Positions 9,924 through 19,966 of a DNA stretch of 64,000 nt are shown one piece after another. How positions within the stretch are numbered: the stretch's first letter is position 1; each line of letters starts with the position of its first letter. Made by a program: the position numbers and the translations under genes. Source of the DNA: Cyanophyceae cyanobacterium (GTDB lineage: Bacteria; Cyanobacteriota; Cyanobacteriia; Cyanobacteriales; JBHJGN01); NCBI GenBank assembly GCA_050331735.1, contig JBHJGN010000057.1, forward strand, positions 1 to 64,000, read 5' to 3'. Below the pieces are notes generated by a model. The model saw only the letters and a list, made by a program, of their open reading frames with translations, ran no database searches and was not told where the DNA came from.

Positions 9924-11822
9924 TCAACAAGGAGCGGATTTATATTGATTAATGAGCATCAACTTTGCCGCATTTGGAGGTAGAGGAGGAGCGAACAGGT
10001 AGCCTTGAGCTAGCTGACACCCGAGTTCCTGGAGTTGCTCGGCTTGCTCAGCGGTTTCCACTCCTTCGGCGATTACTTCCAAATTCAAAGTATGAGCCAG
10101 GGTAATAATGGTGCGGACAATCTCCCGATTTTCCGGGTCACAGTTCATCTGACTTACAAATGAGCGGTCAATTTTTAAGGTATCGAGAGTAAAGCGGTTC
10201 AAATAGCCCAGCGAAGAATACCCGGTACCAAAGTCATCGATGCTTAACTGAATCCCGCGCTGCTTAATTTGTTTGAGCAGTCTCTGAGTGGTGGTTTCAG
10301 AATCCATCAGCATACTCTCGGTAATTTCTAAGTGCAGGCTTTTGCCGTCTAAACCCTGTTCGAGCAGAATTTGGTCGAGAGTTTCTAAAAAGTGTGGGTC
10401 TTGAAGCTGTAGACTGGCAAGATTAACGCTCATTTTAAAGCAGCGATCGCCCCTGCCACGATTACAGACGAGGTGAGCAAACTGACGTTGCCAAGTCTGC
10501 AACTGCCGACAGGCTTCGCGCAGAACCCAATCTCCTAGAGGTAAAATTAGCCCCGTGTCTTCAGCAATGGGAATAAATTCGTCGGGAGTAATTAAGCCCT
10601 GGGTAGGATGTTGCCAGCGGACTAAAGCTTCAAATCCTTGCACTGCTCCCGTGGTTAAATCAACGAGGGGCTGATAGTAGAGTAAGAATTCTTGGCGTTC
10701 TAGGGCGAGACGAAGATCGTTTTCGAGCTGAAGAAGCTTCACCGTATAGGCGTACATATCTTGGTCGAACACGGCATAGCGAGCCTTTCCTTCTGCCTTC
10801 GCCCGGTACATCGCAATATCAGCATCCCTCAGCAACTCAGAACTGTTCTGATGAGCCGGAGAATTGAGGACAATACCAATGCTCGCGCTCGTAAAAATCG
10901 TTTGACCATTTAGAGTAATGGGAAGCTTGAGCTGCTCTAAAATTCGCTGGGCAATCTTCGTTGCCTCGGTGATATCTTTGAGATTGTCGAGCAAAACGAT
11001 AAATTCATCTCCTCCCAGGCGAGCCACCGTATCTTGGGTTCGCAAGCATTTCCGAAGGATATTGACAACGGCAACCAGCAGCTTGTCTCCAATTAGATGC
11101 CCTAAGCTATCGTTAATCACTTTAAAGCGATCGAGATCGATAAACAGCACCGCAAAAGAATAATTGACGTACCGTTGGCTGTGCTGCAAGCAGAGAGCGA
11201 GCTTTTCCGCGAGCAACGCACGATTCGGCAAACCTGTCAAGGCATCGTGAAGCGCATCGTGGGAAAGCTGTTGCTGGATCCGTTCTCGTTCGCTGATTTC
11301 TTGCTGGAGCTTTTGATTAGCGGCCTCTAGCTGAGCCGTTCGTTCAAGCACCCGTTGTTCAAGCTCAGTATTAAGCTGCTGAATTTCGGCTTTAGCGGTC
11401 TGGAGAGCTAGGTGAGTTTTGACGCGGGCAAATACTTCTGCAACTTGGAATGGCTTGGTAATGTAGTCTACGCCACCAGTTTCAAAGGCTTTGACTTTAT
11501 CTAAAACATCATCTAAAGCACTTAAGAAAATGACAGGAACATCACGAGTAGCCGGATAAGCTTTCAGCTTTTGGCAAACTTCGTACCCATCCATATCGGG
11601 CATCTTGATATCTAGCAAGACCAGATCTGGCTGCATCTTTTGAACAGCCATGAGCGCCATTCTGCCATTTTTGGCGCAGCGAACCTGATACCCCCTGTCG
11701 CTCAGAGTGCTAGAAAGAACTCGTAAATTGTCGGCAATATCATCAACAACGAGAATATGCGCTCTCGTCGTTGAAGTGATCGGTTTAATTGAAGCCGTTT
11801 GGGATAAAGCAGTCTGGGGCAT
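9924..11822 (-). CDS. Response regulator with GGDEF and EAL domains
   Basis: REC (ILVVDD, LDIKMP, KPF), RLGGDEF, FEALVRW, IDDFGTGYSSL. Confidence 0.95.
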   Translation of the reverse strand: MPQTALSQTASIKPITSTTRAHILVVDDIADNLRVLSSTLSDRGYQVRCAKNGRMALMAVQKMQPDLVLLDIKMPDMDGYEVCQKLKAYPATRDVPVIFLSALDDVLDKVKAFETGGVDYITKPFQVAEVFARVKTHLALQTAKAEIQQLNTELEQRVLERTAQLEAANQKLQQEISERERIQQQLSHDALHDALTGLPNRALLAEKLALCLQHSQRYVNYSFAVLFIDLDRFKVINDSLGHLIGDKLLVAVVNILRKCLRTQDTVARLGGDEFIVLLDNLKDITEATKIAQRILEQLKLPITLNGQTIFTSASIGIVLNSPAHQNSSELLRDADIAMYRAKAEGKARYAVFDQDMYAYTVKLLQLENDLRLALERQEFLLYYQPLVDLTTGAVQGFEALVRWQHPTQGLITPDEFIPIAEDTGLILPLGDWVLREACRQLQTWQRQFAHLVCNRGRGDRCFKMSVNLASLQLQDPHFLETLDQILLEQGLDGKSLHLEITESMLMDSETTTQRLLKQIKQRGIQLSIDDFGTGYSSLGYLNRFTLDTLKIDRSFVSQMNCDPENREIVRTIITLAHTLNLEVIAEGVETAEQAEQLQELGCQLAQGYLFAPPLPPNAAKLMLINQYKSAPC

Positions 11823-11842
11823 GAGACGATGGCAATAGCGAT

Positions 11843-14644
11843 TTATACAGGAACCTGTTGCAGCAGAGACAGGATATAGTCAAAGTCGAAGTCATTCACT
11901 CTTTGCTGAAGAGCGTTGGTTAACTCAACTCGTTCTTGAGGAATCTCCTGAAGGAGCTGAGCGATCGCCTCTCCATCAAGCAGCGCAGCGGCTTCTGCTA
12001 GCCGCTCTAACCACTCCTGGGACATGAAATTCAACATAGCAGGCTCTAGCGGCAATTGGCGGCTCGGATTGTCGACTACAGCAGGATTTTCTTCATAAAG
12101 ATATTGCACTCCCAAATGCTCTGTTATTTTGTGCCAAATCGTTGTTTCTCGAAAAGGCTTGCGCACAAAATCGTCACACCCGGCTGAAAGCACGAGCCCT
12201 CGTTCTTCTTCAAAGGTGCTGGCGGTCAGCGCAATAATCACGGTCGCTTGTCCTTGTAGATGGAATTTGATCTCGCTAGCGGCTTCATAGCCATTCATCA
12301 CAGGCATCCGCATGTCGAGCCAGATCAGATGGGGGGCCCACTCTTGCCATAGAACAACGGCTTCTTGTCCGTTGGCGGCTTCTTTGACCTCAAAACCGAC
12401 GGGTTCGAGGAGCTGAAGCATAATTTGACGATTTTCCCAGCGGTCATCAACGACGAGAATGCGGTACGGAGGTTGGTTGGGTGCTAACCCAACGACTCGT
12501 CGCCTGGGAACAGAAACCGGGGGGGAGGCGGCGATCGCTTTTTGCACGGGAATCTCGAAGCTAAAGGTTGTTCCCACTCCAACCGTGCTGCGAACGTCGA
12601 TCTCTCCTCCCATCAACTGCACAAACTTGCGACTAATGGGTAAACCCAGCCCCGTTCCTTGTTGGGAGTTTCTGCCCGTTTCTGTTTGCACAAAAGCCGT
12701 AAACAGAGAGTCTAACTCTTCTGGGGCAATGCCTGCTCCGGTATCCTCTACCTCAAACAGAAGCCTGACGTTCGGAGCGTTCTGGCTGGGGAAATCAGCA
12801 CCCGTAGATTTCACCCGGAGAAAAACGCTGCCTTCTTCAGTAAACTTAATGGCGTTGCTGAGCAAATTGATGAGCACTTGGCGCAGCTTTTTCGCGTCGG
12901 CTTCAATGTACCTAGGAACATCCGGTCGTCGTTTGCCGATGAGCTGTAATCCTTTTGTTTCCGCCTTGAGAGCAAACATCTCCTGAATCGTGTCTAACAT
13001 CTCGTAAAGGTCGATGTTGCTCCGGTGAAGATGCAGGCTTCCCGCCTCAATTTTGGAGAGATCTAAAACATCGTTGATCAGAGACAATAGATGTTCTCCA
13101 CTGCGGTCGATAATGCCTAGATTTTCTCGCTGCTTCCTGTTCAGAGCAGAATCACGACGCATAATCTGAGTAAAACCGAGGATGGCGTTGAGGGGAGTTC
13201 GCAGTTCGTGGCTCATATTGGCCAGAAACTCGCTTTTCGCTCGATTAGCCACCTCGGCAGCGTCTTTCGCGTACTGAAGTTGCGCGGTGCGCTGCTCAAC
13301 TCGCTGCTCGAGTTCTAAGTTCGTTTTTTCTAGCTCTTGATTGGTTGCGTCTAACGCCGTAAAAGACGACTGTAGCTGCTGCACCATGCGGTTGAAGGCT
13401 TGGGACAGCACTCCTAGCTCAGCAATCTGCTGGATTTCCACCCGTTGCGACAGATCTCCATCGGCGATCGCCTGGGCTACACCGCTGAGGCGATGGATAG
13501 GGCGAGTAATCCATCGAGAAGTAACTAAGCCGCATAAAACAGCGAGCAGTAGAGCGGCAAGACAGAGCAAGATAGTGTTGCGGGTGTTAGCGTTGATTTG
13601 CGCCATGAAGTCTGACTCCGGCACCGTCACTACCACCAGCCAATCTAGCCCAAATTTATCTTGCCAAGGAGTTACCCGGACAAAATAGCGCTCGCTATCG
13701 TGAATAAATTCAAGTTGTTGCTCTGTCCCAATCTGCTCGAAACCGCCAAACTGTTCCTGGATTCTTTGGGCCGTTGCTTGGACCGCCGAATTACCACTCT
13801 CGGTAATATTTAAGCGTTTCGCTTCTCCATTAACTGTTTTGTATGGCAGTTCAGAACTGGAACTGGCAATGAGCGCTCCATCCCGTTCTAAAACAAACAC
13901 ATTGCTAGAAGGACTCAGTTTTATCTGATGGAGAAAATCTGTAATTCCAGTCAGCAGCAAATCAATGCCCAGTATGATAGTCAGGTTTTGATTCTCATCG
14001 TATAGAGGATAGTTAAAGGGAATAGAGAAAATATCCGGGAATGCATCCCAAGCGTATACATCAGTCCAGATGGGTTTCCCTGCCTCGACGGTTTGTTGAT
14101 ACCAGGATTCAGCAAACGGGTCATAAGGAACATTACTAATTATTTCGGTACGATTTCCTTCACTATCGGTCGCAAACGAATAAGTTTTCCAGTTTGTCTC
14201 AGTCGAAGTTTCATCAATGACAAGGGTGCCGTCTTCCAACCATCTTCCCGCTCCGACAAACTCTCCCGTCGGCAACGTATAGGAAAGATAGCCAACTTTT
14301 TCAAAGGTCCGTAATTGTTTCCAAAAAAAGTGTCCAGCCGCTTTGTAGTCGTGCAGAGCTAAGAATCCTAACTCAATAGCATCTACGTTGACTTGAGTAA
14401 GCTTGACAGCCGCTGATAAATAATTATCGAGATGAAGAGAAACGCGCTCGGAAACTTCTTGCTCTAGCTGAGTGGCTAAATTTCTAACGGCTTTTTGCCC
14501 GTTACGAAAAGACAAATAGCCTGTAATACCTACTGCTGCAAAAATTTGTACTACAAAAGGAACCACCAATACTAGGCGAAGTGGAATTTTTGAAGAGCTT
14601 AAAAGCTTACGGTCTTTAGAATCTCGCGTCTCTCGCTCCGTCAT
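11843..14644 (-). CDS. Membrane hybrid sensor histidine kinase (Cache-HAMP-HisKA-HATPase-REC)
   Basis: Two TM helices, FLANMSHELRTPLN, NLLSNAIKFT, GTGLGL, REC with WLDMRMP. Confidence 0.93.
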   Translation of the reverse strand: MTERETRDSKDRKLLSSSKIPLRLVLVVPFVVQIFAAVGITGYLSFRNGQKAVRNLATQLEQEVSERVSLHLDNYLSAAVKLTQVNVDAIELGFLALHDYKAAGHFFWKQLRTFEKVGYLSYTLPTGEFVGAGRWLEDGTLVIDETSTETNWKTYSFATDSEGNRTEIISNVPYDPFAESWYQQTVEAGKPIWTDVYAWDAFPDIFSIPFNYPLYDENQNLTIILGIDLLLTGITDFLHQIKLSPSSNVFVLERDGALIASSSSELPYKTVNGEAKRLNITESGNSAVQATAQRIQEQFGGFEQIGTEQQLEFIHDSERYFVRVTPWQDKFGLDWLVVVTVPESDFMAQINANTRNTILLCLAALLLAVLCGLVTSRWITRPIHRLSGVAQAIADGDLSQRVEIQQIAELGVLSQAFNRMVQQLQSSFTALDATNQELEKTNLELEQRVEQRTAQLQYAKDAAEVANRAKSEFLANMSHELRTPLNAILGFTQIMRRDSALNRKQRENLGIIDRSGEHLLSLINDVLDLSKIEAGSLHLHRSNIDLYEMLDTIQEMFALKAETKGLQLIGKRRPDVPRYIEADAKKLRQVLINLLSNAIKFTEEGSVFLRVKSTGADFPSQNAPNVRLLFEVEDTGAGIAPEELDSLFTAFVQTETGRNSQQGTGLGLPISRKFVQLMGGEIDVRSTVGVGTTFSFEIPVQKAIAASPPVSVPRRRVVGLAPNQPPYRILVVDDRWENRQIMLQLLEPVGFEVKEAANGQEAVVLWQEWAPHLIWLDMRMPVMNGYEAASEIKFHLQGQATVIIALTASTFEEERGLVLSAGCDDFVRKPFRETTIWHKITEHLGVQYLYEENPAVVDNPSRQLPLEPAMLNFMSQEWLERLAEAAALLDGEAIAQLLQEIPQERVELTNALQQRVNDFDFDYILSLLQQVPV

Positions 14645-14846
14645 TACTCCAAACTCAAAGATGAATTATCTTTATAATTCCCAAATTTGCGTGTAAATGA
14701 ACAAAAAGCGTTTAAAAAACGTTTCTAGAAGCTTATACGGGGTTCAAAAGAACATTGTTAATCGGTTTAAGCATTTACTCCCTAGGACATTTTGGTTGAA
14801 GAAGCTAGGTAGGGCGATTCCGTTAGAAAATAATGCCGATTAGAAA

Positions 14847-14969
14847 AAGTCATGAGAGGCTTGATGAGTTGGGGGAAAAGGTAAAAGTAAGCATATTAAG
14901 TCTTTCCCTTTGAACCTCCAACTCTTGATTAGCTTGGGGAACTGTCTGATACTTTCGGTAAATAGTATA
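14847..14969. repeat. Dispersed MITE-like repeat, copy 2
   Basis: Collinear similarity to 1-138. Confidence 0.75.
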
Positions 14970-15062
14970 CACGCGAATTCGCTCGATTACACCCGACTTG
15001 AAGAGGAATAGCTAGAGTTAGTCGTCAACCCAGCGTTCTCTCAATTCCCTGCACGATTCTCC

Positions 15063-15084
15063 TTTTGGTAAAAATTACTATAAT
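15063..15084 (+). promoter_or_regulatory. NrtR operator overlapping a -10 box
   Basis: TTTTGGTAAAAATTACTATAAT contains the GT-N7-AC core (15068-15078) abutting TATAAT (15079-15084), upstream of the operon encoding NrtR. Confidence 0.75.
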
Positions 15085-15172
15085 CGAAGAAATTGATCGG
15101 ACGACGTGCTGAAAAGCTCAAGCTGATTCTAACTAGAAAACGCGATCGCAACTGCCCAACTATCTCTTTTTT

Positions 15173-16519
15173 ATGGTGAATCGGGAACTCACTCTGCAAA
15201 CTGAAGACTATAGCCTGCTGACAGACCTTTACGAGTTGACAATGGTAGCTTGCTATGCTGGAGAAGATTTAGCCGAACGTCCGGCAAGCTTTGAGCTGTT
15301 TGTTCGCAGTCTGCCCGACGATTTTGGCTATCTGATCGCGATGGGCTTAGCCGAGGTGTTGAATTATTTAGAAAATTGGCGGTTTACCGACTCTCAGCTT
15401 GAGTCTCTACAGCAGTTAGACATTTTTGCCCATGCCCCGGCGCAGTTCTGGTCCCTACTGCATTCAGGGAGATTTACCGGGAACGTCTGGGCCGTACCAG
15501 AAGGAACGGCCATTTTTGCCAATGAACCAATTTTACGAGTAGAAGCACCGCTATGGCAGGCCCAGGTCGTGGAAACCTTTGTGTTAAACGCGATCAACTA
15601 CCAATCTCTAATTGCGACTAAAGCAGCTCGCATCCGCGATGCGGCTGGACCTGAGGCAACTCTACTAGAATTTGGTACGCGTCGGGCGTTTAGTCCTCAA
15701 GGAGCGGTGTGGGCGGCAAGAGCTGCTCTAGCGGCAGGATTAAACGCGACTTCTAACGTTATTGCTGCTCTTAAGCTAGGGCAGTCACCAAAAGGAACCA
15801 TGGCTCATTCTCTGGTGATGGGCATTGGGGCTTTATCGGGAAGCGAAGATGAGGCGTTTGAGGCATTTCTGCGCTATTTTCCCGATGCCACGCTATTGAT
15901 CGACACCTACGATACAATTGCTGCTGCTGAACGAATTGCAGAACGCATTAAAGCCGGGAAAAAAGTGACGGGAGTGCGGTTAGATTCGGGAGATTTAGTG
16001 GAGCTGTCTCAAAAAGTGCGCTCCTTACTGCCAGAGATTAACATTGTTGCCAGCGGCGACCTCGACGAGGGGGAGATTAATCGACTGATCAAGGCAGGTG
16101 CGTCTATCGATGGCTACGGACTGGGAACCAAGCTCGTTACCGGACACCCCGTCAATGGAGTTTATAAACTTGTAGAAATTGATGGTATTCCGACCATGAA
16201 GGAGTCGAGTAGTAAAGTAACCTATCCTGGACGCAAGCAAGTCTTTCGGTCCCAAAGCGACGCGCACATCCATCAAGATCGCTTAGCCCTAGCCGATGAA
16301 TCTCCTCAGCAGGGCGAGCAAGGGGTATTACAGCTAGTGATGAAGCAAGGCGATCGCCAACAGCTCCCTGAAACGCTCGAAACGATTCGACAGCGTACAA
16401 CAGCGACCGTTAAGCGGTTGCCGAGCCACACCCGTCAGTTTACTGAACCGACTCCTCTAACTGTCGAAATTTCCGCTCCCTTAGACTCTCTGCGTCGCTC
16501 CGTTTCTTCTAAACAATAG
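15173..16519 (+). CDS. pncB: Nicotinate phosphoribosyltransferase
   Basis: LLTDLYELTM, EFGTRRA, GTMAHS, LIDTYD, VRLDSGD. Confidence 0.95.
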   Translation: MVNRELTLQTEDYSLLTDLYELTMVACYAGEDLAERPASFELFVRSLPDDFGYLIAMGLAEVLNYLENWRFTDSQLESLQQLDIFAHAPAQFWSLLHSGRFTGNVWAVPEGTAIFANEPILRVEAPLWQAQVVETFVLNAINYQSLIATKAARIRDAAGPEATLLEFGTRRAFSPQGAVWAARAALAAGLNATSNVIAALKLGQSPKGTMAHSLVMGIGALSGSEDEAFEAFLRYFPDATLLIDTYDTIAAAERIAERIKAGKKVTGVRLDSGDLVELSQKVRSLLPEINIVASGDLDEGEINRLIKAGASIDGYGLGTKLVTGHPVNGVYKLVEIDGIPTMKESSSKVTYPGRKQVFRSQSDAHIHQDRLALADESPQQGEQGVLQLVMKQGDRQQLPETLETIRQRTTATVKRLPSHTRQFTEPTPLTVEISAPLDSLRRSVSSKQ

Positions 16520-16541
16520 CCAGGTGAATCCCCAATAACTA

Positions 16542-17105
16542 ATGGAAAAAATTGCTCTCTTTGGCACCAGCGCCGATCCGCCAACGGCGGGTCATAAGGC
16601 GATTTTACAGTGGCTAGCCCAACACTACGACCGAGTAGCGGTTTGGGTATCCGATAACCCGTTTAAAGAACATCGAACAGCTCGCCAAAACCGAGAAGCG
16701 ATGTTGCGCCTCATTATCAATGAACTCTCCAACTGTAGCCGCGTGAGTCTTCATGAGGAACTGAGCGATCGCCGCAGTCTTCATAGCGTCCAAAAAGCCC
16801 AAGAAATTTGGGGCGAGGAAGTCGAGTATGTCTTCGTGATTGGCTCGGATCTGGCCGGACAAATTCGCCAATGGTATCAGGTTGAACAGCTATTGCAGCA
16901 GGTGCGGCTGCTGATCGTTCCTCGTCCAGGGTCTCCTGTTCAGGAGAGCGATTTAAATGCCTTACGTCTTCTCGGGGCCAGTTATGAAGTTGCTAATATT
17001 GAGGTGCCAGCGGTATCTTCAACAGCGTATCGTGAAGAGGGAAACCAAGACGCTCTGACGCTATCTGTTCAAGACTATATTCGACAAGAGCAACTGTATT
17101 CATGA
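16542..17105 (+). CDS. nadD: Nicotinate-nucleotide adenylyltransferase
   Basis: ALFGTSADPPTAGH, IGSD, VSSTAYR. Confidence 0.92.
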   Translation: MEKIALFGTSADPPTAGHKAILQWLAQHYDRVAVWVSDNPFKEHRTARQNREAMLRLIINELSNCSRVSLHEELSDRRSLHSVQKAQEIWGEEVEYVFVIGSDLAGQIRQWYQVEQLLQQVRLLIVPRPGSPVQESDLNALRLLGASYEVANIEVPAVSSTAYREEGNQDALTLSVQDYIRQEQLYS

Positions 17106-17821
17106 GCAGCACCGGTATAGTCACTCACCACACGCCCAAACACCTCGCTAATTTTAAAGTTGGGGTTGATAACGTGATTTTTTCCGTTGATACTCAACAC
17201 AATCAGCTTTTAGTCTTGCTGAGCCAGCGACAGGATGAGCCTTGTTTCGGCTGGTGGAGTTTACCAGGAACCCTGGTTCGTCAGGGAGAATTGCTAGAAG
17301 CAGCGGCTCGTCGAATTTTGGCAGAGAAAATTCAGGTGAGCAACCTTTACCTAGAACAGCTCTACACCTTCAGCGATCCGAATCATGCCTCCCCAGTCGA
17401 GAGTCGCTATTTGTCCATTAGCTACTTTGCCCTGGTGCGATACGAAGAAGCCCGGTTGTTATCAACCGTAGGGAAAACAGCCTGGTATACCCTCAGAGAT
17501 GTACCCACCTTGAGCTTTAACCACAGCCAGATCTTGGAGTACGGCTATCGCCGATTGCGCAACAAATTGGAATACAGTCCGATCGCCTTTGACGTTCTGC
17601 CAGACGTCTTCACCCTTAACGATATTTATCAGCTTTATACAACAGTACTGGGAGAGAATTTCTCAGATTACTCCAATTTCCGCGCTCGCTTGCTTAAGCT
17701 CGGCTTTTTAAGCGATACGGGGGATAAAGTGTCTCGGGGAGCAGGTCGTCCGGCTAGTCTCTATCGATTTGATGCGGAAGCTTTTGCTCCACTTAAGGAT
17801 AAGCCGCTGGTATTTATTTAG
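17102..17821 (+). CDS. nrtR: Nudix-related transcriptional regulator
   Basis: Degenerate Nudix box plus C-terminal winged helix (NFRARLL, GAGRPASLYRF) inside an NAD operon. Confidence 0.88.
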   Translation: MSSTGIVTHHTPKHLANFKVGVDNVIFSVDTQHNQLLVLLSQRQDEPCFGWWSLPGTLVRQGELLEAAARRILAEKIQVSNLYLEQLYTFSDPNHASPVESRYLSISYFALVRYEEARLLSTVGKTAWYTLRDVPTLSFNHSQILEYGYRRLRNKLEYSPIAFDVLPDVFTLNDIYQLYTTVLGENFSDYSNFRARLLKLGFLSDTGDKVSRGAGRPASLYRFDAEAFAPLKDKPLVFI

Positions 17822-17974
17822 CCGTTTTGTTGATGGCTAATTGTTCAGTGTCCCCGCGCTCATTGAGAACTGTGATTTAATAGCCGACTGCTCAAAAGGT
17901 GTTCTTAGCAACTGCTGACTTTGCTTGTTTTACTTCTAATACAGTTAACCAGTGCCGACCGACTATCAATCACT

Positions 17975-19654
17975 ATGAAAATTGCGATCGCTCAACTCAA
18001 TCCCACTATCGGAGATCTTCCTGGCAATGCCCAACAAATTCTAGAGGCGGCACAACAAGCCGCAGCTCAAGATGCTCGGTTGATGCTGACACCGGAACTG
18101 TCTCTGTGTGGCTATCCTCCGCGAGATTTACTGCTCAACCCGGGCTTTGTTCAGTCGGTCGCTCGCTACCTCCAGCACCTAGCCCACCAACTGCCCCAGC
18201 AGCTAGCTGTATTAGTCGGTACGGTAACAGAAAATCCTCATGCTGGCGATGCTGGTCAAAAACCTCTGTATAATAGCATCGCCTTACTAGAAGGCGGCGA
18301 AGTCAAGCAGCTCTTTCACAAACGCCTGTTACCCACCTACGACGTTTTTGACGAAGACCGCTACTTTGAGTCGGGATACCAGAGCAACGTCTTCTCCCTT
18401 AATTCTCTCAAAATCGGGGTCACAATTTGTGAAGACGTGTGGAACGAGAAGGAATTTTGGGGCAAGCGCAACTATGAAGACAATCCCACCGAAGAGCTAG
18501 CCAAATCTGCCGTTCAGCTCATTGTTAACCTTTCGGCCTCACCCTACAGCGTCGGTAAACAACAATTGAGAGAGGCCATGCTGCGCGATATTTCCAGTCG
18601 CTACCAGCAGCCGATTATTTATGTCAATCAGGTCGGAGCCAACGACGATCTGATTTTTGATGGCTGTAGCGTAGCGGTTGATCGCGGTGGAGAAGTTGTC
18701 TGTCGGGCCGAGGCGTATCGCAGCGATTTAGCTATCCTTGAGTACGATGAAGCCACCAACGATCTGCTCAGCGCCTCGATTGTTCCCCTGCCGGAAACGG
18801 CAGACGAGGAGATTTGGTTAGCGCTGGTGCTGGGAGTGAGGGATTACGCTCGCAAATGCGGTTTTTCTAAAATTGTGCTGGGCTTAAGTGGCGGGATTGA
18901 CTCCTCGTTAGTGGCAGCGATCACCGCCGAGGCTGTTGGACCGGAAAACGTCTTGGGAGTGTTGATGCCGTCGCCCTACAGTTCGGATCATTCTCTCAAA
19001 GATGCTCAGGATCTAGTCCATAATTTGGGCATCAATAGCGAGAAGCTGCCGATAGGAGACGTCATGAAGGCCTATGACGATGCCTTAGCCCCCCTGTTTG
19101 CTGGCACTGAGTTTGGCGTTGCCGAGGAAAATATTCAGTCACGGATTCGGGGCAACTTGCTAATGGCGATCGCCAATAAGTTTGGCTATCTGCTCGTTTC
19201 CACCGGAAATAAATCAGAAATGGCGGTGGGATACTGTACTCTTTACGGCGATATGAGCGGCGGACTGGCGGCGATCGCGGATGTTCCGAAAACCCGCGTT
19301 TTTTCTCTTTGTCGCTGGCTAAATCGCCATCAAGAAGTAATTCCTGACAACGTGATCGGAAAGCCGCCCAGCGCTGAGCTCAAGCCCGGTCAGATCGATC
19401 AGGACTCCTTGCCTTCCTACGATATTCTCGACGGCATTTTAGAGCGGATGGTGCAGCAGCATCAATCTGCCGCTCAAATCACGGCAGCCGGATACGATGC
19501 CGAAGTCGTCGAGAAAGTGATGAAGCTAGTGGCCCGCGCCGAGTTCAAGCGCCGTCAGGCCCCCCCAGGATTAAAAATCACCGACCGCGCCTTCGGCACC
19601 GGGTGGCGCATGCCCATTGCTAGCCGCTGGTCGGTCCCAGAAAAAACGCATTAA
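17975..19654 (+). CDS. nadE: Glutamine-dependent NAD+ synthetase
   Basis: Nitrilase domain with E/K/C triad (PELS, KRLLP, ICED), GLSGGIDS, ENIQSRIRG, EFKRRQAPP; start ATG 17975. Confidence 0.95.
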   Translation: MKIAIAQLNPTIGDLPGNAQQILEAAQQAAAQDARLMLTPELSLCGYPPRDLLLNPGFVQSVARYLQHLAHQLPQQLAVLVGTVTENPHAGDAGQKPLYNSIALLEGGEVKQLFHKRLLPTYDVFDEDRYFESGYQSNVFSLNSLKIGVTICEDVWNEKEFWGKRNYEDNPTEELAKSAVQLIVNLSASPYSVGKQQLREAMLRDISSRYQQPIIYVNQVGANDDLIFDGCSVAVDRGGEVVCRAEAYRSDLAILEYDEATNDLLSASIVPLPETADEEIWLALVLGVRDYARKCGFSKIVLGLSGGIDSSLVAAITAEAVGPENVLGVLMPSPYSSDHSLKDAQDLVHNLGINSEKLPIGDVMKAYDDALAPLFAGTEFGVAEENIQSRIRGNLLMAIANKFGYLLVSTGNKSEMAVGYCTLYGDMSGGLAAIADVPKTRVFSLCRWLNRHQEVIPDNVIGKPPSAELKPGQIDQDSLPSYDILDGILERMVQQHQSAAQITAAGYDAEVVEKVMKLVARAEFKRRQAPPGLKITDRAFGTGWRMPIASRWSVPEKTH

Positions 19655-19876
19655 GCGCTGTAGGCGCAGGGAAAATAGTTGCTGCGCAACGGGGAAAGGG
19701 GAAGCGCCGTAGGCGCAGGGGAAGGGGGAAAGGGAGGAATTGAATAGTCTTCAATCTCGGCCCGCTATTCTTTATTCGTCGCGGAGCGACTGATTTTCTT
19801 TTCCCCCTTCCCCGTCCCGGAGGGACAATTTCCCCCTTTCCCCATCGCGAAGCGATTTTCCCGTTCCGCAGGAACT
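19655..19876. repeat. STRR-like GGGGAAA/TTTCCCC inverted tract with embedded 13-nt mini-hairpins
   Basis: G-rich arm then C-rich arm; seven 5-bp-stem/3-nt-loop palindromes. Confidence 0.85.
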
Positions 19877-19966
19877 ATCAACACTTCCTAACAAAATCGG
19901 CTGGAGCTCTTCCTCGATGGGGATGCTGGCCGCAGCCATTGTCGCTAGGCTACTAATAGCGTCTGA

